Origin: a virus
Taxonomy: Duplodnaviria > Caudoviricetes
Virus record (IMG/VR): IMGVR_UViG_3300049192_000016
Coordinates: 1 to 64,000 of that record
Reading direction: 5' to 3' (one strand)
Length of the DNA stretch: 64,000 nt
This document shows positions 58,288-64,000 of this stretch, piece by piece (within the stretch, counting starts at the first letter, position 1; the number at the start of each line of letters is the position of its first letter). The position numbers were made by a program, and so were the translations under genes. The notes beneath the pieces were generated by a model. The model worked only from the letters and a program-made list of their open reading frames with translations, was not told the DNA's origin and searched no databases.

Positions 58288-59703
58288 GCCGGTGGAGGTA
58301 AATCTGCAAGCGTATTAATGAAAAACCTTGACGGCATTCATGATAAGAATTTTCGTTGTTCTATCCTCCGTCGTTATGAGCCAGAGTTAAAAAAACTCGG
58401 TGGGTTAATTGATGAGAGCAAAAACGTGTACTCATTTTTCACGAAAGAGCCTTATAAAACACAAAATAAGCAATGGATTTTCCCCAGTGGAGCTATGATT
58501 GCCTTCGGTGCTATTTCTTGTGATGATGATTTGAGGTCTTGGCAGGGGAGTCAGCTAACTCGAATTTGCGTGGACGAAGTTTGTACAGGTTGGACAGAGA
58601 AACAGATTCTTTTCCTTCAGTCTCGCTTGCGTACAGTCGGTTCTGATATTCACCCTCAACTTCTATTAACTGGGAATCCAGAGTTCTCCAGTTTTATGAA
58701 GGAATGGGTTGATTTCTGCCTTGATCCCGATACAGGTGTACCTGTTTCCGGAACAGAGAACAGAATTCGTTGGTTTTACGTTGAGGATAATAAGGCAAAA
58801 TGGGCTGACAGTCCAGAAGAATGCTACGAGTTGTATGGTAAACCCAAAGGGATGATATACGCTCATAAGATGTCTGAAGATGAGATGAACAAATTGAGTG
58901 TGCATGATCGTACTCGTTTGTTTATGCCAAAATCGTTCCGTTTCATACCCACTGGTGTTTTTGACAACAAATATTTGCTACCACCGCTGAACAACAGTTA
59001 TTTGCCTTCTCTGTTGTCTCAACCTTACGTAAATCAGTTAGTTTTTTTACACGGATCGTGGACAGCCCGAGAGCAAGGAAGTAGTTTCTTCGATAGAAGT
59101 TGGGTAGAGATTGTTGATTTTGCGCCACCAGACGCAGTTAGGGCAAGAGCTTGGGATTTTGCCTCTGAAGAAAAAACAAAAAGCAACAACCCTGACTTCA
59201 CTGCTGGGGTTAAGATGAGTAGAGATAAACTAGGCTTCTACTATATTGAAGACGTTGTTAGGTTTCAAGCAAGCGTAGATAAGGTGCTAAAAAAGGTCGC
59301 CGAAATAGCTGAAGACGATGGAGATAAGACTACGACCATTATCCCAACTGACCCAGCGGCGGCAGGTAAAGCTGCATCCTTCTTTTTCAAGAAAGTGTTA
59401 GCTGAAGCAGGTATTTATGTAAAAACAGCACCTACAGTGAGTGGAAAATCTAAATTGACACGTTTTTTACCATTCTGTTCGTTAGCTGAATCGGGTTTTG
59501 TAAAGGTTGTTCGAGGGGATTGGAACGAAGAATACTTCTGTGAATTAGAAAGATTCTCTGCTGATTTGAGAATTCAGAAACATTCTAAGGACGATCAACT
59601 CGATGCCACGAGTGATGTTTTCAATTACTTGGTGAGGAATCAGGATGTGCCTAATTTCTCCCTACCCAACCTAACCCAACCATCCCCAATCCCTACATTA
59701 TAA
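58288..59703 (+). CDS. terL: Terminase large subunit, exon 2 (spliced protein 506 aa)
   Basis: ICVDE Walker B, TGNP, RAWDFAS, PDFTAGV, DDQLDA nuclease motifs. Confidence 0.95.
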   Translation, partial: AGGGKSASVLMKNLDGIHDKNFRCSILRRYEPELKKLGGLIDESKNVYSFFTKEPYKTQNKQWIFPSGAMIAFGAISCDDDLRSWQGSQLTRICVDEVCTGWTEKQILFLQSRLRTVGSDIHPQLLLTGNPEFSSFMKEWVDFCLDPDTGVPVSGTENRIRWFYVEDNKAKWADSPEECYELYGKPKGMIYAHKMSEDEMNKLSVHDRTRLFMPKSFRFIPTGVFDNKYLLPPLNNSYLPSLLSQPYVNQLVFLHGSWTAREQGSSFFDRSWVEIVDFAPPDAVRARAWDFASEEKTKSNNPDFTAGVKMSRDKLGFYYIEDVVRFQASVDKVLKKVAEIAEDDGDKTTTIIPTDPAAAGKAASFFFKKVLAEAGIYVKTAPTVSGKSKLTRFLPFCSLAESGFVKVVRGDWNEEYFCELERFSADLRIQKHSKDDQLDATSDVFNYLVRNQDVPNFSLPNLTQPSPIPTL

Positions 59704-59742
59704 CATACAAAATGTAGAAAACAAGAGCAAAGTTGTAAAATG

Positions 59743-59771
59743 TTGACAAGAAACATTTCTCATGCTACAAT
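59743..59771 (+). promoter_or_regulatory. Sigma70-type promoter upstream of portal
   Basis: TTGACA-N17-TACAAT. Confidence 0.8.
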
Positions 59772-59798
59772 CTTGCTCGTAAAAATTCAGGAGAGAAA

Positions 59799-61280
59799 AT
59801 GGCTAAAAAGAAGCCCACAGATACGGCTCTTGAGGCCGATGAAGGTCAGGCAATTCCAAGAATTTCCCTCTCGGAGACAGGTTACAGTGGACTCCGAATC
59901 TCAGCAAAACAAATTCTAGATGAAAAACAACGTACATTTCTTCCCGGCCCTGCTTTGTGGCAAGTCATCGAAGAGATGATGTTGGATAGTACAGTTTCGA
60001 CAGCTTTCAATGTCTACACAATGTTTATGGCACGAGTAAACTGGAAAGTTTGCCCACCAGAGAATGCGACTGATATAGAAAAAGAACGAACAGAATTTAT
60101 CGCATCTTGCAAAGATGATATGGAGGGAAGTTGGACAAGCTTCATGACCGAAGTATTACCATATCTGAAGTATGGTCATGCTATCATTGAAAAAGTTTAT
60201 CGTCGCAGATTGAAAAAGAACGGTAGTAAATACAACGATGGTAAAGTAGGTATTCGCAAACTTGCTCCTCGTAGCCAAGAAACGATTACAAAGTGGTATT
60301 TTTCTGAAGATGGTAGAGAACTTCTAGCAGTAGGGCAAAATATGTCTTTCCTGCAAGGTTCTTCCAGATACAAAGTAAATACGAACGATGATGGTGTGGT
60401 AGAACTCAAACGTGAAAAAATTATGATTTTCACGGCTGACGGTACAAAGAACAATCCACAAGGTAAATCTCTTTTGCGTTGTGTATTCTTGCCATACAAA
60501 CAGTTAACACTGCTTAAAGATCAATTGATGCTAGGTGTGTCTAAAGATTTGCAAGGGATTCCATATTTCCAAATCCCACCAAAATATCTTGATCCAAACG
60601 CTTCTGCTGAAGATAAAGCTGTGTACGAGTCTTTTAAAGTGATTGTAAAAGGTCTTGCAGAGGGTACTCAGAAGGGTGTGATTCTCCCTAAGATTATCGA
60701 CTCTGAAACTAAAGAAGACCTTGTTTCGCTGCAACTGCTAGAAGCCAAAGGTGGGAAGTCTTTCGACATTCCTACAATCATCACTTCTTTGCAGAATGAC
60801 ATTCTGACAGCACTTTCTTGCGATGTTGTGCGTCTAGGACAAAACAACGTTGGTTCTTTCTCACTGTCCTCTAGTAAAGAGAATTTGTTAGCAATGGCTA
60901 TTGAATTCCGTTTGAAGGAAATTCAAGAAGTTCTCAACAACGATTTGGTACGACAATTATACGAGCTAAATGGTTGGGACACAAGCAGAATGTGTAAATT
61001 TGAATACGATGACGTAATCGATTTAGACATGGATGAATATGGTAAATATTTGCAACGTACTGCTGCTGTTGGTTTGTTGGTTAAAGACCATGAAACCATA
61101 AACAAAGTTCGTGAAGTGATGCAAGTTAGCCCGATTCCTGAAGACGAACCTATTCCCGAAGACAAAATGACTGGTAACAGTTCTCGCTCTGGTGATGGTA
61201 TGGAAAAAGGCTCTGGCAATGGTACTTCTGATAAAGCTGCTGGAGAGGATACTTCATCTTCAAACAAAGAAAACAATTAA
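59799..61280 (+). CDS. Portal protein
   Basis: Position after terL; LPYLKYGHAIIEKVYR, RKLAPRSQETI, NPQGKSLLR, LGQNNVGSFSL. Confidence 0.93.
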   Translation: MAKKKPTDTALEADEGQAIPRISLSETGYSGLRISAKQILDEKQRTFLPGPALWQVIEEMMLDSTVSTAFNVYTMFMARVNWKVCPPENATDIEKERTEFIASCKDDMEGSWTSFMTEVLPYLKYGHAIIEKVYRRRLKKNGSKYNDGKVGIRKLAPRSQETITKWYFSEDGRELLAVGQNMSFLQGSSRYKVNTNDDGVVELKREKIMIFTADGTKNNPQGKSLLRCVFLPYKQLTLLKDQLMLGVSKDLQGIPYFQIPPKYLDPNASAEDKAVYESFKVIVKGLAEGTQKGVILPKIIDSETKEDLVSLQLLEAKGGKSFDIPTIITSLQNDILTALSCDVVRLGQNNVGSFSLSSSKENLLAMAIEFRLKEIQEVLNNDLVRQLYELNGWDTSRMCKFEYDDVIDLDMDEYGKYLQRTAAVGLLVKDHETINKVREVMQVSPIPEDEPIPEDKMTGNSSRSGDGMEKGSGNGTSDKAAGEDTSSSNKENN

Positions 61281-61292
61281 TAAAGGAGCCAT

Positions 61293-62135
61293 ATGGCACA
61301 TAGCTTACACAGGCTCCTAGCGAGTCTATATTCTGTCCCACATTTAGTTACAGCAGAAGCATTGAAGCCGATTATTGATTATCTTCAGATGCGTAACTCT
61401 GTGAACTTTGCTGTTGTACCCCAAGAAAATCTTCAAAAGAAAAAAGAACAAAAACAATATGGTGATGTTGGCGAAATTCTTATAGATGGTGCTCTGTCAT
61501 ATCAACCTGTCTACGGTGAGTGCGGTGTTGTCGAAGGAACTAGCTATGTAGGTATCTTAGCACAAGCTCAGGAACTTATCAATGGTGGGATCAAGGTTTT
61601 GGTGACTACTCACTCTAGCCCCGGGGGTCAGGCAATGCACTGTTTCTCTACGGCAAATGATCTTCGTAAGATGTGTACGGATGCAGGAGTACACTGGATT
61701 AGTTATATTGATGAACAATCTGCGTCAGCAAGCCTAGCAATTGGTATTGCTGCTGACGAAGTGATTATTCATCCTAGTGCCGAGACAGGTTCTATTGGTT
61801 GTGTTTGTGCAATTCTAGATGCTTCTAAAGCATTAGAGAATGCTGGACTAAAACCAATCTATATTTCTTCCACTCCGGGTAAAACACCTTTTAATGAGGA
61901 TGGAAGTTTCTCTGAAGAGTTCCTGTCGCGTATGCAAGAGTCTGTGACAAAACTTGGAAATCAATTTATCGACCATGTAAACAAATACACGGGATTGTCT
62001 GCAAAAGAAATTTCTGACATGGACGCAAAGATGTTTGATGCTGAAGAAGCATTGTCAATCGGTCTTGTAAATAAAATTATGGATCATAATCAATTTGTAG
62101 ATTATCTGTCTACTTTAACAAAGGGAGCAAATTAA
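61293..62135 (+). CDS. Head maturation protease (S49/ClpP-like)
   Basis: HSSPGGQ, ASASLAIG, GSIGCV, FDAEEALSIGLVNKI. Confidence 0.92.
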   Translation: MAHSLHRLLASLYSVPHLVTAEALKPIIDYLQMRNSVNFAVVPQENLQKKKEQKQYGDVGEILIDGALSYQPVYGECGVVEGTSYVGILAQAQELINGGIKVLVTTHSSPGGQAMHCFSTANDLRKMCTDAGVHWISYIDEQSASASLAIGIAADEVIIHPSAETGSIGCVCAILDASKALENAGLKPIYISSTPGKTPFNEDGSFSEEFLSRMQESVTKLGNQFIDHVNKYTGLSAKEISDMDAKMFDAEEALSIGLVNKIMDHNQFVDYLSTLTKGAN

Positions 62136-62647
62136 TGCTTGAAAATTTGAAAAAGAAATTGGGTATTGTTCCCAATGTTGAAGCAGAGGATGTGCAGGAA
62201 ACTGTAACTTTCTCTGTAACGGATTCGCAAGAATACAAAGAATTGTTGGAAGGCTTCACTGAACAAAGTGCTCAACTCGATGCCGCTGTAGCTAAATCTA
62301 CTGCTCTGGAAGACAAAGTGAAATCTTTGGAAGCACAACTGACGCAATTTGCAGAGCAAAAAGTTGCTGCTGAAGCTGAAGCAAAGAAAGTAAAAATGGA
62401 TGCACGTTTAGCATCTCTTTCTAAAGAAGTTGGCGATGAACGGGCTGCAAAAGTTCTAGCCGCAACTGAGGGTCTGGATGATGTAGCTTTTGAAGCTATT
62501 GCCAGTGCTCTTAAAATGTCGGCTGACAATGAAGCCAATTCAACTCTCTTTACAGAGCAAGGCGGGGAAGGCGAAGTATCTGCTGACGCTTTGAGTGCAG
62601 AATCGGCAGAAATGAAGATTCTCAAAGAGAAATACAAACCTAATTAA
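62135..62647 (+). CDS. Scaffolding protein
   Basis: Coiled-coil, Ala/Glu/Lys-rich, between protease and decoration genes. Confidence 0.75.
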   Translation: MLENLKKKLGIVPNVEAEDVQETVTFSVTDSQEYKELLEGFTEQSAQLDAAVAKSTALEDKVKSLEAQLTQFAEQKVAAEAEAKKVKMDARLASLSKEVGDERAAKVLAATEGLDDVAFEAIASALKMSADNEANSTLFTEQGGEGEVSADALSAESAEMKILKEKYKPN

Positions 62648-62660
62648 TAAAGGATAGAAA

Positions 62661-63359
62661 ATGACTGTTTTTGCTACTGATAGCAACTGCTTCTCGCTGG
62701 TTGTAAAACATGAGTATGAGCCAGCATCGGCTTTCTGCCGTGATGTGCTGACGGTTTATGATGTCGCACAGACGATGAAAGTTGGTACTGTGTTGGGTAA
62801 ATTCTTGGCTTCGCCTACTGGTACAGCCGGTTCCACTGTTGGTACTGGTAATGGTGCAATGGGCGCAATCACTGTAACTTCTGTAGCCGGTTTGGAAACT
62901 GGTGTTTATACACTGAAGATTGTTAAGGCTGCTGCCAATGCTGGTGACTTCGTTGTTACTAAACCTAACGGCAGTGTAATGGGTTACGGCACAGTTGGTG
63001 TCGCATTCTCTCAAGGCGGCTTGGCATTCACTCTGGCAGATGGATCGACTGATTTTGTTGTTGGTGATTCGATTCCAATTACTGTTGCTGGTACTGCTAA
63101 ATATAAAAAAGTAGAGGCCACTGCTACGGATGGTTCTCAAATTGCCGCCGCAATCATGATCGGTGACACACTTGGCTATTCCGGTGATATTGCCGTTGCT
63201 GCTACTACTGACACGAAAGTCTTGGCCCTTACTCGCGGCCCCGCTCTGGTATCTAAAGGTGGTTTGGTGTTCGGCTCGTCTGTGGACACTCAAGCCGAAC
63301 TGGATTTGGCTTACGCTCAACTGACCGCTTTGGGCATGTTGCCTGTAGAAGCTGTTTAA
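62661..63359 (+). CDS. Head decoration protein
   Basis: VGTVLGK...ATDGSQIAAAIM lambda gpD-like pattern with Gly/Thr-rich insertion; precedes major capsid gene. Confidence 0.8.
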   Translation: MTVFATDSNCFSLVVKHEYEPASAFCRDVLTVYDVAQTMKVGTVLGKFLASPTGTAGSTVGTGNGAMGAITVTSVAGLETGVYTLKIVKAAANAGDFVVTKPNGSVMGYGTVGVAFSQGGLAFTLADGSTDFVVGDSIPITVAGTAKYKKVEATATDGSQIAAAIMIGDTLGYSGDIAVAATTDTKVLALTRGPALVSKGGLVFGSSVDTQAELDLAYAQLTALGMLPVEAV

Positions 63360-63377
63360 TTATAAAGGAAATTATTC

Positions 63378-64000
63378 ATGATTATTCGTGATACTCGTGA
63401 CGGTGGCCAATTTAAGATGGCCGATTGGACCCAAGAAATCAATGTAATTCCTAATTCGTGGGGTTTCATTGGTAATATGGGTTTGTTCCAAGAAGAATCT
63501 GTGACTGGCCCTGTTGTCCAGTTTGAAGAAATTACTCAAAATGGTGCTTTAATCATTGACCGTGTGCGCGGTGATCGTTCTACGGTAGGTAAGAATTATG
63601 ACCGTAAAATGCACTCGTTCAATATTCCTCACTTCCCTCTGGATGACTATATTTCGCCACGCGATTTGCAAGGTGTTCGTGCTTACGGTCAGCCAAACGA
63701 AGTCGAAAAGCTGGCAAATGTTCGTGCTCGTAAAATGGAACGTATTCGTCGTAACCATGCTTGGACTCTGGAAGCCGCCCGCGCACAAGTTCTGACTGCT
63801 GGTACAGTGTATGCACCATCTGGCACTGTCTCGCAAAACTGGTTTACCGAGTTTGGTGTTACGCAAACTTCTGTGGACTTTGTGTTCGGTACTTCGGCTA
63901 CTGACATTGTAGGCAAAATTGAGTCGGTCATTGCAGCTATTCAAGATAATGCTGGTGAATATGGTTCGACTGTAACAGGTGTTGTCTTCCTGTGCTCTCC
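63378..64000 (+). CDS. Major capsid protein (lambda gpE-like family), 5' part, runs off window
   Basis: Hand translation MIIRDTRDGGQFKMADWTQEINVIPNSWGFIGNMGLF...IPHFPLDDYISPRDLQGVRAYG; RBS AAAGGA; not in ORF track. Confidence 0.92.
   Translation, partial: MIIRDTRDGGQFKMADWTQEINVIPNSWGFIGNMGLFQEESVTGPVVQFEEITQNGALIIDRVRGDRSTVGKNYDRKMHSFNIPHFPLDDYISPRDLQGVRAYGQPNEVEKLANVRARKMERIRRNHAWTLEAARAQVLTAGTVYAPSGTVSQNWFTEFGVTQTSVDFVFGTSATDIVGKIESVIAAIQDNAGEYGSTVTGVVFLCS

Noticed and set aside
1-64000. Alternative genetic code (TGA or TAG reassigned)
   Set aside because: All long genes are open under the standard code, TGA ends many genes in ATGA overlaps, TGG is used for Trp, and no suppressor tRNA (CUA/UCA) was found.

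Overview
A 64-kb segment of an AT-rich, apparently lytic tailed dsDNA phage. Its gene set and order resemble Felix O1/PAK_P1-type myoviruses; this is recognised from protein motifs, not from a database search. Left arm, minus strand (1-25.4 kb): nucleotide metabolism (nrdB start, dut, thyX), a T7-like replisome (primase-helicase, family A polymerase, SSB, 5'-3' exonuclease), several HNH endonucleases, a nucleotidyltransferase-like gene behind four small paralogues ending in W-x-x-S-S-x(0-2)-C, a SleB-like hydrolase, and a papain-like protease fused to DUF4214-like repeats. Middle (25.6-46.6 kb, mostly plus): dozens of small early-type genes, denV, a 667-aa/135-aa gene pair, GIY-YIG genes and an acidic ArdA-like protein. 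Next comes a ~700-bp non-coding block with palindromes and two DnaA boxes beside a small serine recombinase, then HD hydrolase, phosphoesterase, ClpP-like and phoH genes (minus). Right end (plus): a 10-tRNA cluster, a structured ~370-nt non-coding RNA candidate, and the terL-portal-protease-scaffold-decoration-major capsid module. Two ORF-less group I introns missed by the ORF track split DNA polymerase (9170-9397) and terL (58048-58287). An 11th tRNA, Arg(UCU), with a tRNA-like neighbour, lies at 6.7 kb. No CRISPR array was seen.
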